NCBI RefSeq assembly: GCF_036321535.1
Contig: NC_087436.1
Coordinates: forward strand, 61,196,001-61,260,000
Direction: 5' to 3'
Origin: Camelus dromedarius
Lineage: Eukaryota
Length of the DNA stretch: 64,000 nt
The translations under genes were made by a program, and so were the position numbers. The notes below the pieces were generated by a model that was not told the DNA's origin, ran no database searches, and saw only the letters and a list, made by a program, of their open reading frames with translations. Below are positions 12,670 to 26,000 of the stretch, piece after piece (position 1 is the stretch's first letter; each line of letters starts with the position of its first letter).

Positions 12670-14379
12670 CTGCCTCCACTGTAAGAGTTGTTCATCACAT
12701 CGCAGTTTGTTAATCGCTATTGTTCCTGCTTGACTTCAAATAATATTGCCCACAGATGACAAATTAGGGAACTTTGGAGCATATTTGTCAAACCCAAGTT
12801 CTTTTACAAAGCCAAAAGTAAAGATGTTAAAAAAAGGTTTTGAAGAAGTATTTGGACTTTAGAGTTGTGCAAGCATTTCCAAATCTGCTGCGAGTGATAA
12901 TCATTGCAAACAATGGGCTCAATTGAACCTTGAGGAACTCAAGCAGGGTTACCAATTTCCAGGTGAAAAATTTAATACTAGAGGAATGCATTGGCTTATT
13001 AAATATAGAAACCCATTTCTGATAATGATCAATAACTGGAGTCCTGCAAAAAAGGCAGTTTCTCTGAGGAAGTTTCAAATATGGTTAAAGAAAGCATTCC
13101 TGAGCCTTTCCAAATTGTGTAACTGGTAATCTGAGATGTAACATGAATATTCTTTGTTGAACTGAAAATAAGGAAGAAACTATTTTCTCACTTCTCTTTC
13201 TCTCCTTCTGTACACATACAGACAAACACAGACATACACAGAGTTACACATGTATGTGTAGAGTCCACATGCTGCTCTTTAAAGTTTTAGGTATGAATTT
13301 CTGTGGCTGAGTGTTTCAGAACAAAAGTATTTTATTTGGCCATTGGAAGAACTGCAAGTTCTTTTATTCTCAAACTTGTCACCTTCTCTCATCTTACTTC
13401 CTATCTTAAACAGTTCTTCCCCAACTTACAAATAAGCCCCAGTCACAACACCCATATTTTTGGGTTGCCTAACTAATAATCATTTATTTTTCTTGCCCAC
13501 AGATATTGCTTGACAAGGTTGGCTAATTCTCTCAAAGGATAGGGTTCATCTTGATGTCTTTATTTCAGCTCTAAACACAGGGTGAAGAGCCAACAAGAGT
13601 TCGGTGGGTGTAGCTGGGAGACAAGCAGTCTTTCAACACCCTCTATAGCCTCCGTTACCATTTTTCTCATACAGTGAATCAGAGCATCTTCCTTCTATTT
13701 AGCTAGCCCTTTCAGTGACTTGGTCCACTTCAGAAGGATTGGAGGATTGGGAGCTGCAGATCATCCATGCTCAAATATTGCATCAATTTTGCAAAATTCC
13801 CTTAATTGAGAAACTTGTGTTTCCAGTGCATCCTCAAAAAGCAATTTCCTAATGACTTATTAAAGTAATGCCACTTTCCAGCCTTTTAAAAAGTCCGACT
13901 TTTGCATGGTGTCATGCTATAAGTAGTAATAAAGCATCAGTAATTAAGCAGAATACCAATGGCATTTGCACAGCCTTAACGGAGTTTGGTCACTAATGGG
14001 GTAATGGAACTTTGATTGTTCCTTGATAGCTGAATATTGCGGCAATATCTAGATCTTTGGATTACCTTGAAGTGTTGATTTTAGACTCTTGAAGCCATGG
14101 CAACAGTTGACTCAGGTGAATCCCAGAGCTTTAAAAACCAAGATTTTGTTGTTGAATTTCTTTGTTTTTTTTTAACCCCTTGGTTTACAAAGCTCATGAG
14201 AAAATAGTTGCAGCTAGAGTTTGTATAAATGTAGTATCCTTTCACTTTTCTTAAAGAGCAGAACACAGCTGTGATTATCTTCCCATCAAAGAGAGATGAG
14301 AAAACTGATGTGTGGATCTTATAACTGGTGACCAAAGTATGATATGATAGTATGGTAGGAAAGTGGTAAAGAAAACAGT

Positions 14380-15155
14380 ACCATATTAAAATCTACCCAG
14401 TTGTCCAAGCTTAGGAATTACCCCTCCCATATGATACCAAAAACATCAAATTCTATTGATGAAATATTTTTTTATTTCTTTCCTCCTCCTCCTCCTCATT
14501 TTTATTACCACTTCCCTTATTTAGGTAATAGTCCATCAACCCAGCTCCCTCTCTTTCATCTGGCTCCTTTTCAGTCCATTCTTGTCTAGTTGACGCTTCA
14601 GTGATCTTGCTACCTGAAAACCTGTGATGGATCTTCATTACTTTCAGACTAAAATATAAGTTTTTGACGTTAATTCAAGGCTCTCTACTCTACAAACTAG
14701 CTCAGCCTAACTTTTTAACCTTTTCTATATTCACTTCTCCTAATGCACCCCAAATTCTAGATATACCAGAATACTGATACTCCCTGAATTGAGCCAGTCA
14801 TTTCTTTTCTTTCTAACTTTGTTTCTGCTGTTCTCTCTGTCTGGGGTAGACATTCCTCCTTGGTCTTTGGTATCCATCAGGATATTCTTAAAGTCTCAGT
14901 TCAAATGTCCTCTCCTTTCTAAGTGTCTCTTATGTCCCTGACCCTTCTTCTATTCCAGAAAACTGCCATTTGTATTTGTATGACATCCATATTAAATTTC
15001 CTTTTAATTAACTGGACATTGCTTTTTTTTTTTTTTTTTTTTTTTGCTGCATTATGAAGTCCAGGAACCTGCCATATTCACCTCTGTATTCTCAACATTT
15101 AGCACACTGCTTGTTATGTGACAGAATCCTGGTGTTTACTGAGCTGAATTGAATT
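14380..15155 (+). mobile_element. Degenerate L2 3' region
   Basis: 'aagtctcagttcaaatgtc', 'tattcacctctgtattctcaacatttagcacactgc..actgagctgaattgaatt'. Confidence 0.6.
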
Positions 15156-16124
15156 GTCACTAAAACTGATTCTCATTGAAATAGCTCAGGACAAAATGGT
15201 GAAGAGGTAAAAACTTTTTCCATTGTCTTCCTTTTTCTTTTCTTCCCTAACCCTTCTTACCAGACTAATTCCAACATTGCTCTCATAGGTTTGATCAGCA
15301 TGTAGAGAATCCTCCATAGTTGGAACTCATTCAGGAAAATCTCCACAGTTGTACACAGCTTGAACAAATGCAGAAAATAGGGGATACCAACACAAAGGTT
15401 AGGAAAGCATGAAAAGAGCAAGTCTGAGTTGATGTTCTGATGCTAGGATTGGTTGAATGGCCCTAAAAGACCCCTTCCATATCATCCTTCTCTCCACCTT
15501 TTCTCTCCTTCTCCCTAATGTCTTAGACAAACACAAAATTCCTTATTAGTTCTCTCAAACCTTGTGGAGAGTCCTTTCTTTTCTCCCTTTTGGAGTTTTT
15601 ATTTTTTTTTCCCTTCTAGATTTCTGATGCCTCATGATCACTTAAGAACAGTAGGTAGTCATGGTCTATTAACAGTTATCTAATCTTCAGTAGCATCTGA
15701 AAATAAAAGATATTAAAGTCTAGGTCTACATTTTCTTCTCCCTTGAGAAGCTACCTATATATACTCATTAAAGAACGTCAGTCATTTCCCCCCGAAATCC
15801 TTGGTGCTATATTGTCTCATCCCAGGGGTCAGAAAGTTGTCCAACAGAAGCAAAAACTTCATCTCAGACTCTTCTATGTTTATGTTTTTTTTTTTTTTAA
15901 CAACTGTTGGACAAAAGGAGGCCAGAGAATAGCAGGCAGAATGAATTCTGTAACTGAGTTGGGCAGGGCAGAAGTGTAGGGATGCTTCACACAGTTTGTG
16001 TTTCCCTATCCTCTGTCTTGTTTCCAGACTTCTTTAACTCTCAAAGCCATCTTGTTCTATTCTTAGTTTAGCCTTTCTTACTCTTTGGTCCCATCATATT
16101 TATTTAAATATTGCTTAGTTAATT

Positions 16125-17480
16125 GTTGAGTCATTCAATCATTCATTTCAACAAAATTTAATTGAATACCTACCATATTAGATAGGATGAGTAATGCTAA
16201 CTCCTGTAACAAAAATCTCCATATCTTAGCACAGTGGTTTATTTCTTGCTTGCCTTAAGTCCAGTGTGAATATTCCTGCTTAATCTGCTTGCCTTGTAAG
16301 GGTAATCCAGAGATTTGATCTGTTCCATCTTGTGGTACTGCCATATTCAGGGATATAAGAGTTCTTTGCCTCCAGCCACATGAATAGAGAAAGAACCTTT
16401 GAAAGTTTGCTTGGGATGTATTATGACTAGGTTTGGTGGTGCTGTATATTATATGCACTCATGTTCAGTTGGATATAACACAGTCATATGATTACATGTT
16501 CTAGGCTGGCGGTGGGTAGATGCAAGATAGGTATGGGAAATGTATTTTAATTGTGTATCTAAGAAGGAGAGGATAATTGATGAACACAATACCAGACATT
16601 TTGCTAAGATGTGGGTATTTAAAAAAATGAATGAGAAGCAATGCTCAGTGTCAGGAGCTCATAGTCCAGGGGACCAGACATACATAAATAGAAAATAAAA
16701 TATGGCATTAACAGTTATTGAATATATACTTTAGTCCATGCATTACATTAAGACCTTAATATAATGGCCCTTAATTAATGTACTCCTTAATACAATCCCA
16801 TAAGGTAGGTACTTTTGTTATCCTCATTTCATAGATAAGGAAACTGAGGCACAGTATTTTAAGAAACTTGCTCAGAGTCACACTACAGATAAGTGATTGA
16901 GCCAGAATTCAAACCTAGGTAGTCTATTTCAAAGTTTGAACACTTAATCATTACATTATACTACAGTGATGAAGAGATGCACCGAATGTTAGGGGGCTAC
17001 AAGGAAGACTTGGCTGGTTGTAGGATTCTGCAGCAGGAGATCCTTGAATTTATGTATAATGGCCGGGTTGGAGTTAATCCAGTTTTAGGGCAGGAAGAAC
17101 TCCAACAGGGGAAATAGGATGGATAAGGGTATAGCAGTGACAGATATCTTGGTGTATTCCAGGATCTGTAAGTAATTTGATGCTGTGGGTCAAGGTCCAG
17201 GCTCAGAATCAGGAAGAGCTAGCTGCAGAGGTAGATGAGGCAAGGTCATGGAAGGCATTTTATGCAGTGCTAAGGAGCTCAGAACTTACCCTGAGTGATG
17301 GGAGCTGTTGAAAAGTTTCAATTAGGGGATTTAAATAATCAAATTTACATTTTACCTACATTATGCTTCTGGTTGCATGAAGGATGAATTGGAGTGGACC
17401 AAGAGCGTTGGCTGAAAGATCAGTTAAGAGGCTTTTAAAGTAGTCCAGGAGGAAAAAAAAGAAGTAGTCCAGGAGGGCCA
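16125..17480 (-). mobile_element. L2 fragment with nested MLT1 LTR (~16175-16590) and MIR (~16710-16960)
   Basis: L2 tail 'cattcatttcaacaaaatttaattgaatacctacc' resumes at 'ccagacattttgctaag'; MIR core 'agataaggaaactgaggcacag'. Confidence 0.65.
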
Positions 17481-17539
17481 AATTTTAAAGTGTCTTGCTT
17501 TATTTCTTTTTACACAGAGAGTATAAAATGATAGCAGAA

Positions 17540-17740
17540 TGGCTGAGTATCACTTAACCATAGCACTCATTTGTCTTTACAACAACCATGTGAAAGAGGT
17601 ACTGTTATTATCCCCATTTTATAGATGAGGAAACTGATGCACGGATTGTATAAATGGCTAGTAATCAATGGCACCAAGACTCAGCCTCTGCAGTCTGGCT
17701 CCAGAGGGTGTACAGTTAACCCCTAGTGTATACAGTCTCT
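17540..17740 (-). mobile_element. MIR SINE
   Basis: 'ttattatccccattttatagatgaggaaactga'. Confidence 0.8.
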
Positions 17741-18899
17741 CCATATGAAGTACTATTACACTTTATCAAAGATACAGAAAGCTGAGTAAGAGGGAGGAGG
17801 AGAGATTGAGCAGCAGAATCAGCAAGAGGTGAGTCAATCAGGGGGTACAGGTACCTCATCCTGAGGGGTGAGAAAGTGGGGAGTATTGGGGCAAAGTCAG
17901 ATGGTCAGGTGTGCACCCATGATCCTGTAACTAGTAAATCACAGAGAAGGGATATGAATCCAGGTAGTTATTTCTGGAGTCTATATCACCATGCATTTTT
18001 ACCTCTATTTGTGCCACATCTAATCAGTTATTTAGAGTGAAAAGAATATTCCTGGATATGAGGAAGTCTTGAATCAATACAAAATTTAACATTTCTGAAA
18101 TCTATATTCATAGTTATCAGTAAATAGTTTCTATCAATAATAAAGCAGAAGTAGCTGTGGAATGTATTTATTCTTGGTAAGAATTGGAGCCATTTTTAAT
18201 GGCTTGATAATGAATTACTCCTCACAGATATCATAAAGTATTTAAAAATATATATTTATGTCCAATCTGGTGGTGTAGAAGTATACTACTCTCTTAAAGC
18301 TCTCTTGGGGCTTTCCTGCTTTCATTTTCTATTATACTGGATGTTCAGCTCCCACCCCAGCACCACCAAAAACAGTGCTGAATACATAGTCCATGGGATT
18401 CAGGGTAATATGAAAATGGGAGCTCCTTATTAAAAAATCATGAAGGATTTCAAAATAGTGACAATAGAGAATTAAACCAAGTTTGTGGGCCTTCTGAGTG
18501 TGGCACCCTGTAACTGCATATATCATATAGCTACAAAGTAGGCCCTGGTGGTGGCCTTGTCCAAAACTTAGCTCAGTAGTTTCAGAAGGCATTATCTGGT
18601 ATGTCTCTGTTGATCCCTAAATTTATGGTGTTTTTGTCTCCAAAATGCTCAGTCTTCTCGTTGGGGGGCTCATTTTTAAGACTTTCTCAGTTTTCCTCAT
18701 TGGCCAGGATTATAGAAGTGAATGACCTTGAGAAGACCTTGTTCCTTCTTCTGAAAGGCCGGCTGCCATTCTTAGTGAGATCCTATCTTACGGCATTTTG
18801 GTGCACAAGTAAGACTATGGACAGAAGGAAAAGATTGGAACTCAGTGGCCTTTTTGGTTTTAAGAATATGGCAGAGAATATTTTTTTCTCTAGAAAAAA

Positions 18900-20110
18900 T
18901 ATATTTTCAATACATATAATTGCCACAGAATATATACAATATTCTTACAAATCAATAAGAAAAAGATAACTCAGTATAAAATAGATAATGACTCGATTAA
19001 GCATTTTATTTAAGAGAAATTATAAATAGCCAACAATTTTATAAAAATATGCTCCATCCTACAAATAATTAGGAAAATGCAGATTAGAACTACAAAGAGA
19101 TACACTTTTGTATTTGTTAGATTGACAAGTTGAAGGCTATTAATAGCAATTTTTAGTGAAAATATGGATCAGTGGAAACTTGAAAATTGGTCAGGCAACT
19201 TTGGGAAACAACTTGGCTTTATCTTGTAAAGATGAAGATATGTACATCCTACAGACAAGCATACATCCCTTTGCCTTGTGGCTTGTTGCTCAAAGGGTGG
19301 TTCCTTAACTAGCAGCATTTGGAGTTGGTTACCTGGATGTTTGTTAAAAATTGTGTCTCAGGCCCCACCCCACCCAGATCATGGAATCAGAATCCACAGG
19401 TGATTCGTGTTCACATTACAGGTTGAGAAACTTTGCCTTAGGAAACTGTTTCTTAGACATTTTTGACAGAGACTTATGCTAAGAAAGTCTTAGAGTAAGA
19501 AATACATTTTACACCATAACATAGTACACACACAAACAGTGAAACAAAATTTCCTAAGGCAGTTCTTGCCAGATGACTTGCATTGCACTCTGATATTTTT
19601 TATTCTAGTTTAAACTGCTGGTTGAGACTTACTGAACTGACCCACTGATGAGTGGAGTCTTGTCTGGAAAGCTCTTTTTGGGAGAAACTCTTACACATGT
19701 TCTCTGAGAGACACAGAAAAGAATTTTCATACCAGCAAAGTGCATAATACCAAATACTTACAATTTAGAATACTATATAGCAATGAGAATGAATGAACGA
19801 ACCACTGCTATTTGCATCAACAAGGATGCATCTCATAAACTTAATGTCAAATGAAAAAGAAAAAAACCCAACAAGTTGCAGAGGAATACATGTAGTGTAA
19901 TCCTTTGTATAAGATTCAAAAACATGGAAAATTGTATAATATTTCTTAGGGACACACATATATATATGAAGCTATAAAGGTGAGATTGATTAATACATAA
20001 TGTAAAATAGTGGTTCAGGGGTTGAGATTAAGGAGGGGTACACAGGAAACATGAAGCTGATGTTCTGTTTTCTTGTTATCCTTCATTCCTTGAATGTTAT
20101 AAATATTCCG
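18900..20110 (+). mobile_element. Old L1M (L1ME-like) 3' region with nested hAT MITEs (MER5A-like ~19285-19435 and a second ~19445-19680)
   Basis: 'aattaggaaaatgcagatt','atactatatagcaatgagaatgaatgaac','gcatctcataaacttaatgt'; MER5A 'ctcaggccccaccc..ggaatcagaatc..ggtgattc..gttgagaa'. Confidence 0.7.
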
Positions 20111-22888
20111 TTGTGTATATTTAACATTAACAAAAGTGAAGATAAAGGAAAGACTAAAATTAACATCAAAGCTATTATGAACATAGCTTCCCCCAAAACA
20201 TTTTCTTTTTAAAGATTTTTTTTTAAAAGAAGTAAATTTGTGTATTAAAAATAACTTCCCTTCCCCCATATGACTTGCATAATAAGGTGAAAGCACACAA
20301 AATTGATTTAGAAACCACGCCTGCAGCATAAGTGTCCCTTTAATCACTGTGTTGGTCAAAATATTTAATTGTGGTACTTCACTCTTCCATTTCAACGTAA
20401 GAAAAACATGGTTTTGCTGATGACAGTTATGCTCTCATGTTACAACGGGGGCAGATGTCTGCACTTAATCTAGAAATTATCTGCATTTCAGTGTCGCAAA
20501 TATCCTTCACAGTAATTAATAACAAGCTGTGTAAGCGGACCCTTTTACCTCTCTGACAAATGCAGCCAAACTGGTGATACATAAACATCTACAAACCAAG
20601 ATACCATATGCTCCGTGTAGTGTACCATTTGGGGCTGGACGCTAACTAGTCAGGATTTATTAGGCACTCATCTTTTACTGAGTCTACCATTTCTTTATTA
20701 TTCATTCTTTACCAGCCCTAAAGAATAGGGCTTGATTGCTATTACCATTTTGCAGGGAAAGCAGTGACAGGCGAGGTATTTTGCCAAAGGTGGGAGAGTG
20801 AGATGGCTATAGGCCTGAGATTAGAGCCCACAATCCCAGGGGGGTAATTTGGATTCCACTGCCTCTGTGAGTGGATACTGGCTATGTGTTCATCATATGC
20901 TTCTGTCTGAGGTTGCTGAAGCATTTCATGAACAGGAATCTTTTTCCTCCTGGTCTCTTTGGCCCTTATGGGATGTATTACACCACTCAGCACCTATATT
21001 GCTCTTATATGTTTCTATTTTCTTCTTTAAATGTTCCAATTGTGTAAAGGACTTGAGTACCTACTAAAATTGTGAGCTGCTTAACAGCAGGAAATGTGTT
21101 TTTCCATTTCTTTTGGTGTCCTCTCTCTCTCTTCATCAACACAATGCTAGGCATGTAGGTCAATAAACAGTCATTGCTTTCTGATCCTTATAATAACCCT
21201 TTGTAAATTAGGGTCAAAACATAGGATTCCAATTTGCTTTATGAAATTAAATTTTGCTTTTTACCAGAAAGGGTCTGTGTTTGGACTACTTTTGAAACAT
21301 GGCTAGATTTAACAAAATTCAATTTTGACATAATTTCATGTGTACATATTCGGCAGGGGTAGTATATGGAGTAATCACCTTAGGGAATCATTTGCATGTG
21401 AAAAATATAGAAAATATGCTCTATGCTCCCTGTGAATATTTGCTTGGGAAACTGGGACTGTGTAAGGTGCTGTTATCCCTTGTCAACTCTAATGGTAAAT
21501 TTCTTATTTAATTAGCTGTGTCTGGCCTTTTATGAAGGAAAAGGTACAATAATTGAACTGTTTACCAATGGATGGTGGGGATAAATGAATGTGAAAAATG
21601 CTAATCTTGAATTTGAATTATTTTAAATTGTTTTAAAAAGAATTAGTTATGTAAGATGATCTGTGTCCTTCCCTCCTTTTCTTTCTCCTTTCCTTCTTTA
21701 AGCTTTTAAAGTATTCTTTTTTGTCTTATTTGAAGACTCCTAAGTATCGAATTCATCAACCCCAGCCTGACAAATTGCACAGCCTCCCCAGGCAGGACTG
21801 ATATGCGCCAGTTCCCACTGATAGACATAACAGCTGGCATCCATTCTGAGTTGTCAATCCCTGTGCCATACTGTTTGTTAAAGATTTGACTGTCACCCCT
21901 CTCTTGCCATGCATGATATGGGTTGGCTGCATATTTGGGTTCTCTTCTGTCACAGTGTTCTTACTGAACCTTTCTCTTCAGCTCTATTTTGGGTTTTTAA
22001 AACTGAAGGTGAACAGGGTGTAGCTGACACTTACTATTACCTGTCCAGCATGTATAGACCCTGCTTTGGTAACAGCCCCCAGATTTTGTTGGGGCTCATC
22101 CCTCCCCATCTCAGTCCATGAGGTCCTAGTAGAACTGTTTTCATCCCCGACACATGTTCCATATTTGGCCACATTGATCCAGGATGATGTCATCCTATCA
22201 TGCTTGTTAGATGCTCGAAATTACTTCCTGGGATTGCTGGCCTAGAAGCAGATCTTCATTTCTACTGATTTTAGATTTGCAGGAATAGAGAGTCTAAATC
22301 TTTGCATATGCTGTTCTCTTTGCCTTGAAGACTATACATCCCTGGCCTTCTCCCGTTCCTTGCCAACTCCTCCTCATCCTTCAGTTCTTAGTTGAGATAT
22401 TACTCCCTTCAGAAGGCCTTCCCTGTTTGCACAGCCTGGGTTAGGCCCCTTTAATATATGTACCCCCGTAATATGTCTACTTAGCACTCACTATCACACT
22501 GAATTGTGATTTCCCAGCTGCTCTGCCACCAAGCTCTGACATGAGGCACTTCCTAGAACCAAGCTTCACACTCAGGATTGCACGGAAAGGTAGGTGGTAG
22601 TGGTAGGTAGGTGGTAGGTGGCTGGGTTGGGAGTCCAAGACCTACGATAGGGAAGTGGGGATAAAATCAGGTAGGCCTCAGAGCTGGGTGGCAGGGTAGG
22701 TAAGAGAAAAGAGAATAATATGAAACTCAGATGGAAGAAGGCAAATGTCGTGTGCTAGGTGCTTTTTTGTGTTCCTCTGTGAGTTTCATTCATCCTGCAA
22801 AGTGGAGATGATTCTCTGCATTTTCTAGAAGAGGTTGAGTGGTGTAAAAAATTTCCCAAGTCTAGCAATTAGCAAGAGGCAGAGTTTA

Positions 22889-23047
22889 TAGGGTTGCCAG
22901 ATTTAGGAAATAAAAATACAGAATGCCCAGTTAAATTTGAACTTCAAATAAAAAAATGAATAATTTTTTAGTGTATGTCCCAATTATTCATTGTTTATTT
23001 AAAGTTCAGATTTAACTGGGTGTCCTGTATTTCACTGAGCAACTCTA
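22889..23047. mobile_element. MER53 palindromic hAT MITE (centre deleted), adjacent to a MIR
   Basis: TAGGGTTGCCAGAT..GCAACTCTA termini; arms 'aatacagaatgcccagttaaatttgaac' / 'gttcagatttaactgggtgtcctgtatt'. Confidence 0.85.
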
Positions 23048-26000
23048 AAAGGTGGAGCACTTTCTGCTACACTAATGGCAGATAATTTCACAGGCAGGAT
23101 TAAACTACCATAGTCTAATCAGTGGTTGAGAATATTAAACATGAGAAGGCGGTGGGAAAACTGGTGGTGTCAAAGCGACGAAGGAACTATACAATTCTCA
23201 TATCCTTAGTGGCAGTAAAAATTTGCTGTCAAAAAACCATTAGGTAATATGTTTCCAGGAGGGTTGCACATTTGGACTTGCATTGGAATTCTGGGAATTT
23301 CAGGAAACAACCTTAAAACCCTTGGAACAAATTGAGATGTGATTTATCATAAATTGATTTCCCAAAGAAGTATTCTAAAATACAGAAACACTTTTGAAAC
23401 GATGGTTGTAATTTAAATGCATACTTTCCCCAAAGAGGAAATAACATTGGATAGATGGTTATAGCCACTCCATGGAATATTTTGCAGCTGTTAAGAATGA
23501 TAATTACAGAGAGTCTTTAATAACATGAGGAAATACTACAAGGTAGGATACATAATTGTCCATCTAGGATGATACAGCTTTTTGAAAGGGAAAAAGGAAG
23601 ATAGAATGGAAACTTACACTTGAGAAAAAAGTGTGACAAGAAATACCAGATGTTGAAAGTGGTTTCAAATGATGGTAAAATGGTTTTCAATGGGTGGTAG
23701 GTGATCTTTTTCCTTGTTTCAACTTTTCTGTCATTTTCAAAATTTCTATCAGTGGTATATATTTTATAGTGAAAACTATCTGTCTTTTATTTTAAAAGAG
23801 ACAAAGTAGATACTAACATTAATTATTTGTTGTAACATCCATTTTCTCTGGTATATATAAACTTTTAGCATTGTTTTTGGCATAAAGTAGACACTGAACA
23901 AATAATTATTGAATGAATGAACGAGGACAGAGTGTATGTCAATATTCCTTACCACTGTGTTTGCTAAATCCAATGAAAGGGAGTTGAATGAATGGGAGAT
24001 TTTAGCTCTTTGTGGTTTTGGACAAGCTTCTTAGACTCTCTGGGCCTCAGTTTCCTTATCTGTAAATTGAGGGCTTGGACTGTCATCTCTGTGGTGGTCT
24101 CCAGAAGCTGAAAAATTTTGTGATTATTTGATTATACAAGGTTCAGACTGTCAGGCAGCAAAGGTAGCAGTCATTTCTGATCTTATCATTCCAGGCCACT
24201 TCCCTCTACTTTAGGATCAGGCAAGCCTTTTATGGTGGACTATTTTATGAGACTTCAGAACTGCCCAATTGTATGGGGAGACACTCATGATTAAATCTAC
24301 TGCTTTCTACATTTCAAAGATTTTATTTTATATCACTCCAGTGCTTTCTGAATTATTGCTTTGTTCTTAGTTTTTACCTTTTCTAAAGGCTACTTAGTTT
24401 TCTTGATAAAAATTATTTTAATTATTATGGGATAGTTTCTTGTGTAACGAAAACAAGAATGCTCTGAAACCTGGGTAAATTAATTCAGCTTACAACAGGA
24501 ATCAGCTGAAAATGCCCTTGGTCCAAGGTTAAATCAGTTGTGGAAATATCGGGAAGGTTGAGTTACCAAGCAACATGTAGTTTCCTTCATATTCTCCCAG
24601 GGTTCACTCCCTGTTTCTCCAAGTAGCGTTCAAGTAGAGATTAGGACACAGCAGTAAGGTAGTAAATTCATAAAAAACGAATATACAAAATAAGGAAAAT
24701 AAGTAGTTTTTCTAACCCTAAATTTAAAACATCCCTGCTTATGGCACACAGACACAAATGTACTTGAGAAACCAGCAATGGTTGAGAAACCAGCAGCCTT
24801 ATAAGAGGAGCACCCTGTATCTTGAGAGAGCCTCGTCATCAACATCAGTTTGCCGCCTCCAGTTAGCACCTCTCTCTATAATGTGTTTAGCTTTTCTCCT
24901 TCACAAAAGCTTATTGATTTTTTGGCAAACTTTCCATTATTTCGGAAAAAAAAGAAGAATATCAGATATTGAACTGGTGTAAACATTCGTACAACTAGAT
25001 GCTTGGCTGTTCCATTCCTCGTTCCCTGGGTATTGGGTTTTGACTGCAATTGTTAGAAACTGAATATAAAGGAAGAAAAGACATCAATACCTATTGCAGG
25101 AGCAGTTTCTTTCAAACTCATCACTACCAAATTGAGGGGAAAAATAAAAATGAAAGACCATTTCTACCTTCTCTAATATGGACGTAGATGTTGAATTTAA
25201 ATTCATCCTTTGGAGGAGGGATAGTTGGCTTGAGAGGATATGGGGAGTGAGATGGAAAGGTATTCTTCAGTACAGTGAGAGGGAAAAATAAAGAATGAGG
25301 AGTGAGTAAGAGACAGTGTGTTCCTTAACAGACTTGGAGCCAGGTTAGCAATTCTTGCACATATTCATCATTATTTCTTTGCTCTTTGACTTTGGGACAT
25401 AATTCCTGTTTACCTCTTTGCAGTAGATGTCCTTACTTTGCGATTAAGCAAGCCCTTTTATGATGAGTTGTTGTGAGACTTGAGCACTGCCCAACTGTAC
25501 AGGGATCATTTAAATTAAATCAGGTCAAAATCTGTCTTTCACTTTCTGATCACCTCTGTATTCTAGACACACTGTTCTACCTGAGAGCCTGTGAATATGT
25601 CAAATGTTTTCATCCTTTTATGCATTACACATATGGCTTGTTGTCTTTATCTGCCCATTCTCTTAAGTCAGACTTGAAGATTTGGTTGAAATGTCTCTCC
25701 TCTATGAAGTCTTTTCAAATACCTTTAGGCAAAAATAACTGTATCCATTCTGTGATTCTTCTGCAATTTAAAATTTCTTTTTAAAGAGCACTCATCACAT
25801 TGTAGCTTGTGTCTGTCTTTTCCACTAGACATGAGCAACTTGAGAACATGCTAATATGTTAATCAACTCTGTTTCATAAAGCACTGGTTAAAAAGTAGGC
25901 AGCTAGCTTCCTTTTCTTTTCTGTCTATATGAGGCAGGATAAGATTTTTCTTCCCCTTGGTGGAAAGCAGGTCTTTGTTAATCACAGTAAAGAAACAGTG

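Noticed and set aside
15022..15046. Poly(T) run as a retro-insertion
   Set aside because: No convincing TSD longer than 4 bp.
22588..22631. GGTA/GGTG G-rich run as a G-quadruplex element
   Set aside because: Mostly two-G tracts in low-complexity sequence, with no supporting context.
24764..24795. Direct repeat TTGAGAAACCAGCA x2 (18-bp period)
   Set aside because: Simple local tandem duplication with no array or spacers, so not CRISPR-like.
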